From: an uncultured virus (IMG/VR IMGVR_UViG_3300032181_000411)
Lineage: Duplodnaviria > Heunggongvirae > Uroviricota > Caudoviricetes
IMG/VR virus record: IMGVR_UViG_3300032181_000411
Reading direction: 5' to 3' (one strand)
Length of the DNA stretch: 64,000 nt
The position numbers and the translations under genes are program-made. The notes beneath the pieces are model-generated. The model was not told where the DNA came from. It ran no database searches and saw only the letters and a list, made by a program, of their open reading frames with translations. Position 1 is the first letter of the stretch. Every line of letters begins with the position of its first letter. This document shows positions 25,235 to 35,100 of this stretch, piece after piece.

Positions 25235-27096
25235 TGGCATCATACCGTCACTATAGATCTGAATCTGTCGTAAGTTTAATTAGGGGAGATACAGACTCCA
25301 AGTCTGGAATGGAGATGCACGGCGTTGATAAAGATGCTGTTTATCATTACGAGAAATTCTACCCCTCTACACCAGTATTTGAAGTAACTGACCATTTTTT
25401 AGAAGCAATAGAACCTGGAGGATCTTCGCTTCCAATAAATGTCCATGGGAATATATCGCCCGTAGTAATTACTTCTTCGTGGGTTCCTAATTTAGACTTA
25501 GCAATTACGGAAAGAGATCAGATTCAGTCTGTTGCTGATGCTTTCAGTCCTCTATATCCATTTGTAGCATTCGAACCAGCACAAATATACCGTTCTATCT
25601 TAAAAGAAGATCTTAATATACAAGAGGTAGTTACCGTAGCTGGAACAGATGTAGTATTCAGAAATGAACAGAAACTACATCTTAAGATGTATCCCAACAC
25701 TGTCATTGCTCAGGTTACTATACCCCGACATGCTTCTGCTGCTATAGAAACTGGCGATGCTTTCCATGATCAAACTACTTCCTTCGTAATTAAAAAGAAG
25801 AAAGGTGGTATTGATGGAGCAGAACGTATTATTAGAAGACAACTTCAAATTCTAATAAAAGAAGATCCTGCTAGGCAGTTCAAAGTTATTAATGGCACTA
25901 CTACACCATATTATAGCTTTGCTGCTATAGAAACTGGTGATGCTTATTTCGAAGATTTTCGTTCTATTGTTAGACCGCCAGTGGTGTCTGATGCTGGAGC
26001 AGAACAAACACTTATTAAGATTTCGGTCGGGCATAACCTAACAATTGATACTGTATCCAGATATGAAAGTGGTCAGCAAATTGTAAGCAATGCTATATCG
26101 ACATTAGAATTCGATTCTCGCGGTCAAATTGAGCAAAACACAACATTGCCGATTGATGTTCTATCTACGATCGATTTCTTAGACACTAAAGATTGTACGG
26201 TAGTTTCTTCATCCACAGATATTACTGTTGGTGCCAAATTTAATGAAGTCAAGGCAGAATCTTACAGCTTTGTTTCTATGCCAGAGGCATTCCGTGAGAA
26301 GTCACAAGTTGATTATGAATATCAGATAAACGTTGCTCCTAAGATTAAGCACGTACTACCTGATATTATGAATGTTGTCAATGATCTTGACACATTCTCC
26401 ACAGTCTTATTGATGAAAGCACTTTCTGACGGAAGTGAAGAAACTACAGGTGGTGGAGGATCTTCGACAACATTCCCCTACAACAGAGGTACAGTAGACT
26501 ATCAAATTGAGCGTTTTGTTCTGACTCAATATATTATCGAAAGAGGTGGAACAGTATTTGAACTAGATGAAGATTTTACGGAAGTAATTCTTAGGGATGG
26601 TCCGTACACTGTGAGAAACCTACCAGTGTATTCCCCAGACGGTCTGGAGAATTATCAGTTAGGAAATGCTGGGGTCACTTTAGAAGGGTTCGAAAATGTG
26701 ATGTTCATTGATACTGGAATAAATGATTTTGGCAACACCTTCTTCGATTTTGAAAGAATGTACGGAGACCAAATCCGTATTGAAGATTTTGATACTTCAA
26801 TTAGAGGTTTTTCTGCTGTTCTTATGGATGGCACGAGATTCAATATGGGTATTCCATCAATTCAAACCCCAGTTACAAAATCATCTGGGTCGTTGATTGG
26901 TGACACATTAACTGTACAATCTACAGTATATTTTGAAGACTCTGGAAAGTTGCTCTTTGCTCACGGAGATGGTACAATCTCTGTATATGATTATACAGGC
27001 AAGACAGAGACTGGATTTACGGGATTATCGCTCCATAGTGGATCGGGAACCGCTATCTCCGCTAATGATGAAATAATTCCCTTCCAAATCATATAA
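25234..27096 (+). CDS. virion structural protein, possibly a separated gp7 C-terminal module
   Basis: 620 aa; TAATG-coupled to g7; similar composition and a shared short repeat. Confidence 0.6.
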   Translation: MASYRHYRSESVVSLIRGDTDSKSGMEMHGVDKDAVYHYEKFYPSTPVFEVTDHFLEAIEPGGSSLPINVHGNISPVVITSSWVPNLDLAITERDQIQSVADAFSPLYPFVAFEPAQIYRSILKEDLNIQEVVTVAGTDVVFRNEQKLHLKMYPNTVIAQVTIPRHASAAIETGDAFHDQTTSFVIKKKKGGIDGAERIIRRQLQILIKEDPARQFKVINGTTTPYYSFAAIETGDAYFEDFRSIVRPPVVSDAGAEQTLIKISVGHNLTIDTVSRYESGQQIVSNAISTLEFDSRGQIEQNTTLPIDVLSTIDFLDTKDCTVVSSSTDITVGAKFNEVKAESYSFVSMPEAFREKSQVDYEYQINVAPKIKHVLPDIMNVVNDLDTFSTVLLMKALSDGSEETTGGGGSSTTFPYNRGTVDYQIERFVLTQYIIERGGTVFELDEDFTEVILRDGPYTVRNLPVYSPDGLENYQLGNAGVTLEGFENVMFIDTGINDFGNTFFDFERMYGDQIRIEDFDTSIRGFSAVLMDGTRFNMGIPSIQTPVTKSSGSLIGDTLTVQSTVYFEDSGKLLFAHGDGTISVYDYTGKTETGFTGLSLHSGSGTAISANDEIIPFQII

Positions 27097-27099
27097 ATA
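27092..27099 (+). promoter_or_regulatory. T4 late promoter TATAAATA
   Basis: Exact T4 gp55 consensus upstream of g8. Confidence 0.75.
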
Positions 27100-27140
27100 T
27101 AAATAAATCAGACCAAATCGTTCTATAGAGAGTTTTTTCA

Positions 27141-29105
27141 ATGGCTGCTATCATTTCAGATAAGTTTAGAATTTTCAATGCTTCCCAATTTCTAGAATCT
27201 ATGGATGAAGCAGAAAATACTAACATGTATTTCTTCGTGGGTCGTCCCCAACGCTGGGACTCCTATCTAGAGATTTACCAACCCACCGCTGACTTCGTTG
27301 TGGGACAATTCGTTTACGTTGGTGGTACTGGACCATCCGCTGGTCAAGGCGCTACCTTCTTCGGACAGATCGAAGGCGTAACCGAAAATTCGCTACTCCT
27401 CTCCGCTATCGGACCTAACACTGCCGCTGCTCCTGCTGTCGGTTCCCTTGTTAAGGGTCATAACGGAACTGCTGACACTGGTGCTGAAGCACTATCTGGT
27501 GTTTACCGCTACGCTACTGAGGATGTACCTCCCGCTCCAATCGACAACCAAGCAGAAAAGTATGAAGTCTATGATGACCTCATCGCTGCCAAAAAGATCA
27601 CCACTGACTATGCCCGTCAGGTCATTCGTCGTTACAACTGGAACCCATCGAACAACCCTGTGTTCGACATGTGGAAACCAGACTATTCCAAGACGACAAC
27701 TGGTCAAACAGGCAAACCAACATCTACTGGCGAAGAATCAATCGCTGATGCTAAGTTCTACCTAGTCAATGGTCAATACGAAGTATTCAAGTGCCTCTAC
27801 AATGGCGAAGACCAAGGTCTCGGTGCTGGTAACAATACCGTACAACTAGAGCCTACAACCAACCCTGGTTCTGGTGCTGGTTCCTATGATGCTGCCACTG
27901 GCATTTTCTGGGAGTATGATACTTCTACCAGCAGTGTTGTTGGTAGAGGATATAAGTGGAAGTACATGTACACCATTCCTACGAATGATGTTATCCGCTT
28001 CTATTCTACTGACTTCATGCCTATTGCCCTCAAGCCTGTCCTTGATGGTGGTGGTAATGTTGTTGGTGGTAATGCTACTCGCCACGCCACTGAGCAACTA
28101 GCAGCTGCTAACCCCAACGCTATTGACGTTGTTTATATTGAGTCGAATGGTACTAACCTACCTAATGGTCTCTACTATGCTCCAATCATCGGTGACGGTA
28201 GTGATGGTATTGTTGAAATCGATATCTCTGGTGGTACTATCCAAACCGCTAATGTAATCGTCCGTGGTACTGGATACACCTATGGTAGTGTTCATCTCAA
28301 GACTGGTATCGACCAAGCTGATGCTGGTTGGACTGGTGCTCCTTACGGTCTCTATGGTGACGGAACTGCCAAGACTCCTGCTGACCATTCTGCCCTAGGT
28401 ACTGGTGCTATCACCAAGGCAACCGTTGGTGCTACTGCCACTGGTGCTATTGAAGTTATCCTTCCTCCTCAAGGTGGTCACGGTGCTAACTTCGAAGAAG
28501 AGCTTAACGCTAAGCGTGTTATGACCAACATTCGCCTTGAGTACGCTGAAGGCGACGGCGACTTCCCTGTTGATAACGACTTCCGTCGTATCGGTATTAT
28601 CCGTGATCCTTTCGCTTACGGTACTACCAACAGAACAACCGCCAGCAACCTCAATGGTCTATTCGCTCTCAAGCTTGACAACGTAACCGCTGATTATCAA
28701 GTTGACGAGTTGATTACTCAGACTCTGCCTACTGGTGGCGAAGCTAGAGGCACCGTTGTTTCCTGGAAACTCGACGCTTCTTCCCCAACTCCTACCGCTG
28801 GCACTCCTGGATCTGGTGTTCTCAAGTACATGCAGACTCCTGCTCTTCACCAAGATGATGGTGTTGTAAGAGCATTCATTGCTGACGCTGGTCAGGCAAT
28901 CTCTGGTGAGTATTCTCTTGCTACAGGTGCTGTAACCGTTGGTGACAACTCTTCCCCTGCTGGATCGGGTATCACCTTCAACAACGGTCTTGCCACCCCT
29001 GAAATCGAGAACAACTCTGGTGAGGTTATCTACGTTGAGAACCGTCGTCTCATCACCCGTGCTGAAGACCAGATTGAAGATATCAAACTCGTAATCGAGT
29101 TCTGA
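27141..29105 (+). CDS. g8: baseplate wedge subunit gp8
   Basis: MAAIISDKFRIFNA, YEVFKCLYN, YKWKYMYTI, FRRIGII.DP, IYVENRR.ITRA.DQ.EDIKLVIEF. Confidence 0.92.
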   Translation: MAAIISDKFRIFNASQFLESMDEAENTNMYFFVGRPQRWDSYLEIYQPTADFVVGQFVYVGGTGPSAGQGATFFGQIEGVTENSLLLSAIGPNTAAAPAVGSLVKGHNGTADTGAEALSGVYRYATEDVPPAPIDNQAEKYEVYDDLIAAKKITTDYARQVIRRYNWNPSNNPVFDMWKPDYSKTTTGQTGKPTSTGEESIADAKFYLVNGQYEVFKCLYNGEDQGLGAGNNTVQLEPTTNPGSGAGSYDAATGIFWEYDTSTSSVVGRGYKWKYMYTIPTNDVIRFYSTDFMPIALKPVLDGGGNVVGGNATRHATEQLAAANPNAIDVVYIESNGTNLPNGLYYAPIIGDGSDGIVEIDISGGTIQTANVIVRGTGYTYGSVHLKTGIDQADAGWTGAPYGLYGDGTAKTPADHSALGTGAITKATVGATATGAIEVILPPQGGHGANFEEELNAKRVMTNIRLEYAEGDGDFPVDNDFRRIGIIRDPFAYGTTNRTTASNLNGLFALKLDNVTADYQVDELITQTLPTGGEARGTVVSWKLDASSPTPTAGTPGSGVLKYMQTPALHQDDGVVRAFIADAGQAISGEYSLATGAVTVGDNSSPAGSGITFNNGLATPEIENNSGEVIYVENRRLITRAEDQIEDIKLVIEF

Positions 29106-29163
29106 TTCAACTTTTACTCCGCTAAATACTTCAACGATAATTAAAGTATTTGGCGGAGTAACG

Positions 29164-32100
29164 ATGCCACAGAAGACTAATCTTAATGTAGCACCTTATT
29201 ATGATGATTTTGATGCTGGAAAGAATTTCTATAAAGTTCTCTTCAGACCAGGATATTCTATTCAAACGAGGGAGTTAACCTCCCTCCAGTCTATCCTTCA
29301 GAATCAGATTGAGAATTATGGCAAGTTTCTCTTCAAGCAAGGGCAGCAAGTCATCCCAGGTGGTGTTAATTTAAACACCAAACTGGATTATGTTAAGTTA
29401 TCTTCTGTGTCAGAAGTAGCCGTAAACGAGAACGGCAGAATCGTATATAAGAAATACGACATCAAGCAACTCGTTGGTACTACGGTTAGAGGTATTAACT
29501 CAGGTGTCATCGCCAAGATTCTTCAGACTGATTATGGGTCTGATATTCAGTCTGACACACTATTCGTAAAATACGAAAATAGTGGCGATGCTAATAACGA
29601 AACTAATTTCCGCCAAGGCGAGACATTAGAAGTTGTAGATGGAGTTAATACACCATTACTGGTTGTTGGAACGGACGGTAGTGCTCTACCTACAAGTATT
29701 AACGTAACAGATCCCATCTCTGGAAACACTAGCACTCTCTCTAGTCCAGCGATGGGATTTTCCACTGCGGTTGACGTAGAAGAAGGTGTATACTTTGTCA
29801 ACGGTTTCTTTGTTAAAAATTCTAAGCAACTATTAGTTGTTGACAAATATTACGATAAAGCATCGGCAAAAGTTGGATTCAGTGTAGAAGAAGAAATTGT
29901 CACTGCCCAAGACGATGTTTCTCTATACGATAATGCAAAGGGATATTCGAATGCTTCTGCCCCTGGAGCAAATCGTCTAGCAATTAATTTAACACTATCT
30001 TCTTTTGGATATTCTTCTGATACTGACAGAAACTTTATTGAACTACTTAAGATTAAAGAAGGCGTAGTAGAGAAGAAAGTAAAACCAGCTGACTATAGTC
30101 TTCTAGAAGAAACATTAGCAAGAAGAACTTACGATGAGTCTGGTGATTATGTTGTAAATGACTTTGATTTTTCTGTTAGAGAATTTTACCAGACAAATAA
30201 TAACAATGGTGTCTATCAGTTAAGTCAAGAAACTGGTTTGGTAAATGGATACTCCACTTTCGAAGCAGACGGTAAAATGGTTCTTTCCGTCAGTTCTGGA
30301 AAGGCATATGTAAAAGGATATGAAATTGTCAATAAAGAGACTAAAGATCTAGAAGTTGAAAAGGGAAGAGATACTCTCACCAGAGATAATATTACTATCA
30401 AGTCTGGTGGTCTACCAGAATTTAGCATTACTAATGTTTTCAACTCCGTACCTCTCAATACAGTTGGTGATGTAATCACTGGATATCCAACAGTAACTTT
30501 GAATGGAGTCTTTAACGATGGTACAGTTGGCACCAATGGTTTAGGAACACAAACTCAGAAAACTTCTGTCAACAGAAGATCTGAGACCTTTACTGTAGCA
30601 CAAGGTATTAAGACAATCTATGTTAAGGTAGAAGGTGTATTCCCATCTACCCTTTCAGAAATTCCAGACAGAATTTATTTTGTCACTGAAAGAGGCAATA
30701 GCACAGTTGATGGCAAATTTGCTGATGTTTTGTCTAAGAGTATTGTAAGTCGTGTACAAGTAGACCCAAGTACAGATGCTCAATTCTTAGAGTTAACTAT
30801 TGTTGGAGACAGAGCTATTCTAGACGAATACTTAGTCGAGTATGATCTAGGTCCAGCAGATAGATTGAGATTTATCTATTCAACACAAGGAACCATGGAG
30901 ACAGAAAGTGCTCCCTATGGAACCATTGTTGATTATAACGAAAGTATTACCCCAGTTATTGGACTAGCAAAACCAAAGAACTTCAGACTCATTAACAGAG
31001 GTGCTGGATTTAATCAGGATACTGACATCGTTCTTTCTAGAGGAAGAGTTGGAAATACTCAACCATATAATGCTACCTTTGGTTTCTCGTACTTCAATCC
31101 AACCTTCTTCACTCGTCTCTTGTTAGAAGCTCCTATTGGAAACGGAACTTTCTCTACAGGAAAGTATGTTTATGGTAAGGACAGTAAGGCATACGGTGTT
31201 ATCGAAAATGATGCTACTGCCAATTTTACGTCTAAGAAAAAGTTATTTGTAACTACTCTTTATGGAGAATTTATTCCAGGCGAAACTATTTTAGACGAAG
31301 ATAATAACACTAATAGAATTGCTAAGAATAATACAATTTCACACTTTATTGTGACCAACCGAGGTGGTGGATATACCACTGGTGTCAGTATGGTTATCAA
31401 TGGAGTTACCTATGATCAGTCCAAGATTTCTATGGAAACCTATGGTTCTGAAATTACAGGCGGTGCTTTTGTATACTCAGCTGGTATCAAAGATAATAAG
31501 TTACGTAATCTAGAGTTTTTCAATCCCCCAGTTATTTCTACTAACGAAGATAGCAATACAGATGTAAATCCTGCTACTATCGTACCTGTCCTTTATAGAG
31601 ATACTGTATTTACATACGTTCCACAAAATGTAAAGTCTTTCGGATCTACTTACAACAACTATAAATTCTCTGCTGACATTGATGTATCTTCTAGTCAATA
31701 TGCTACCTTTGATCAAGTAAGCGCATTTACTTTCTTTGGTTATAAGGGAAGAAAGTATGTTGAATGTAATGGATTTGGTGCCGACCTATCTGGTTTCTTG
31801 GTACAAGGTGACATCGTTCAGTTTAGTGGAGAAAATAATGAAACTATTAAAGCTGTTGTACAATATGTAACCGATACACAGGGTATTGAAAAACCAAGAA
31901 TCTATCTAGATGTTTCCCTACCACAAAATGTTGTTAATGCCACTGTAATCAGACTACGCCCTAGACTTAATAATGCTACAGCAACACTCGTCTTCCCAAC
32001 TGGAAGTAAGCAAGTTGCTTCTGTTATTAATGACGAGTCTGATACTAAGTTTAAGTATTACATCAGAAAAGATTTTGTTACTGAACTATCTTCTCCTGGT

Positions 32101-35100
32101 TCTGGTTTAACCTTTACTGCCCAATTGCCAGTCGGAACTCAAAGATTTGTAGGATTTGATGAGAAGAATTTTGTTATTACTATTTTGGATAAAGGATCTT
32201 CTCCTCTTGTCGAGAATGGAGATATTGTTTTTATTGACTCCAAATACATCGATATCTCAGAATCTATTGTTACCGCTAGTACAGTAACTGCTGGTGCTTT
32301 AAGAATAAAAGATCTTCCAGCATCTTATTTTGGAGTTATTCCTGATGGTGGCACATATCCAACTCTAAAACTTACTGCTACTGTAGAAATTGGTAGAGCT
32401 AGACCAAGACTCAAGACTGCTATTAAAGACAAGAGAGTTATTGTTATTTCTTCTGGCGATAGAGTAATTCCTATTAGAGGTCAAGATTATGATTCCGATG
32501 CTATCGAAACATTCTCTTATTCCGATGTATACAAACTTAAGAAAGTATACGAAGGAACTTCAACCAACCCACCAGCAATTGATAAGTCTGGCAACCTAGT
32601 TAGTGGTACTGATATCACTTACAAATTCAACTTTGATGATGGTCAGCGTGACACATATTATGATGTATCTAGAATTATCCTCAAACCAGGAGTAGATGCT
32701 CCCACTGGTCAGATTGTTGTTGTCTTCGATTACTTTGACCACTCTACTGGAGATTTCTGTACGGTAGATTCCTACACACATGAAGCTGGAGTTCCATCCA
32801 ATGAAATTCCATTATTTAACTCCGATATAAGCGGTGTTGTTCCTCTCAGGGATTGTATTGATTTCAGACCAAAAGTAGATAAGAATACATCTATTACAGG
32901 ATTCCAAGATGAGTCTGTAGTTTCCAAATATGATTCTACTGATTACATTAGTTTTGTTGGTGAGGGTGGTGTAGCAGCAGCAACTCCATCTCCAGTGAAA
33001 GATTCTGCTAATATTTCTTACACAATGACATTTAGTGAGAAGCAGTATCTTGATCGTATTGATGGACTATTCTTGACTAAGAAAGGAGACTTTACCATCA
33101 AGAAAGGTAACTCTTCTTTGAATCCAGCAAAACCAGAACCCATCGAAGATGCTGTAGCTCTTTGCTATCTACACATCCCTGCTTATACAAATAGCAGCAG
33201 AGACGTTAGAGTTGTTCCTGTGGATAACAAGCGTTATACCATGAAGGATATCGGCAAACTAGAGAAGCGTATTGAGCGTCTTGAGTATTACACCACGCTA
33301 AGCATCCTAGAGCAGCAAACTCAAAACATGCAAGTCAAGGATGATCTTGGTTTGGAAAAAACCAAGAGTGGTTTCTTAGTTGATAATTTCGAATCTCATG
33401 GTACTGGCAATCTTAAGTCTATTGACTATAAGTGTGCTATCGATACACAACAGTCAGTTCTAAGAGCACAAACTAAAGAAGATAGTCTCAGACTGGTAGA
33501 AGTTAATACTAGAGAGGACCAGAGACAAGCAGATGGATATGTTATCAACGATAATGTTATTACTCTCCCATTCACAGAAGTTGAGTTGCTTGGCAACAAG
33601 AACGCCACAACTACTATCAATCCAAATCCATTTGTTGTAATTCAATATGTTGGAGATTCTCATATTAGTCCCCAACACGATTCTTGGTATGACCAGTCTT
33701 CAATTCCGCTAGTATCAGATTCCAATACAAAAATTAATTCTATTTTCTTGGCAAAAGAGGGTAATGTAAACGATGCTTACTCTAGCGTCTACAACTCTTT
33801 CATCGTAAATTGGATTGGAACAGATCAAGCTTTTGGAAACATCGAATCTTTCTCCAATATCAATAGTGAAGACATCGAATCTACTGTTACGGCAGCAAAG
33901 ATTTCTAGCTCTTCAAATGTAAGTCCTCAGAATAATGAGATTGGAAAAGGTATTGCTACTAAGAATGTTGGTGGTAAGACTGTCGCCAGTTCTCTAACAT
34001 TCTTTGCTAGATCTATTCCAATTGAGTTTACTGTCAATAGACTGAAACCAAACACTAAAGTGTATGTCTTTATGGAAGGTAAAGACGTTGGTGCCTGGTG
34101 TGCCCCTGACAGTCGTTTTACTGGAATTGCTGGAAATAGTGTAGGAACCTTCGGAGCGCCTCTTGTAACCGATTCTAACGGCAATCTGAGTGGCATTTTA
34201 CTCGTACCAGCTGGAGCTCCACCAGTTTCTAATGCTGTTTGGACAGGAAACGTTGATACTGTGAACTACAATGAGGGAGCAGAAGAACTTAGAATCACAA
34301 CAGGTGAAAAAACCATCAGATTTACTTCTGATTCTGGTAACGGAGATAAGTCCGAAGTTGTCACATATGCTGAAGTTAAATTCTATGCTATGGGATCTAC
34401 TCCTAGTAATCCACCTAGCATTATTTCAACAGCAGTGTCTCACTTCAAGGCAAATGAAGGTGTACAATTAACTGAGAGCAATACTGATAATCCAATCAAA
34501 CCAAATCCACTTGCTCAGACCTTCAAGATTGAAAACTTTAATCAAGGTGTGATGGTTACTGGTGTCGATCTCTTCTTCAAGAAAAAGAGTGATACTATTC
34601 CTTTGAGAGCATACTTAACAGATGTTTCTCTAGGAAAACCAGGAAAGAATATTGTTCCTGGCACAGAAGTCTCCCTAAATCCAGAAACATATTTGAGAGT
34701 ATATGTTACTGGAGAACTTGATACTGTCAGTATTGAAAAGGGCGAGTTTGTTACTGGAGTTATGTCAAATGCTTCTGGTCCTATTTCCAAGATATATGAT
34801 GGAAGTAATGTTAGAGTAGGAGATGACGCCAGCACTATATTCCAGTTGACTAAGGATCAAGTTTATACTTTGGTTCTAGACAACCACAACGGCAATTCCT
34901 TTATGCCTAATGAACTTCTACAAGTTCCTTCTCTATCTGCTTACAATAAAGCAAATAACACGACGTTAGGTCTATCTATTGCTAAAGATTCTGGAAGAGT
35001 TTCTAAACTAAATGTTGTATCTACTGGAGATGGATATGAGTCCGCTTCTATTGTTGTAGAAAGTCCCCAGTTACCTGGAGGGTCTACTGCTACTGCTAGC

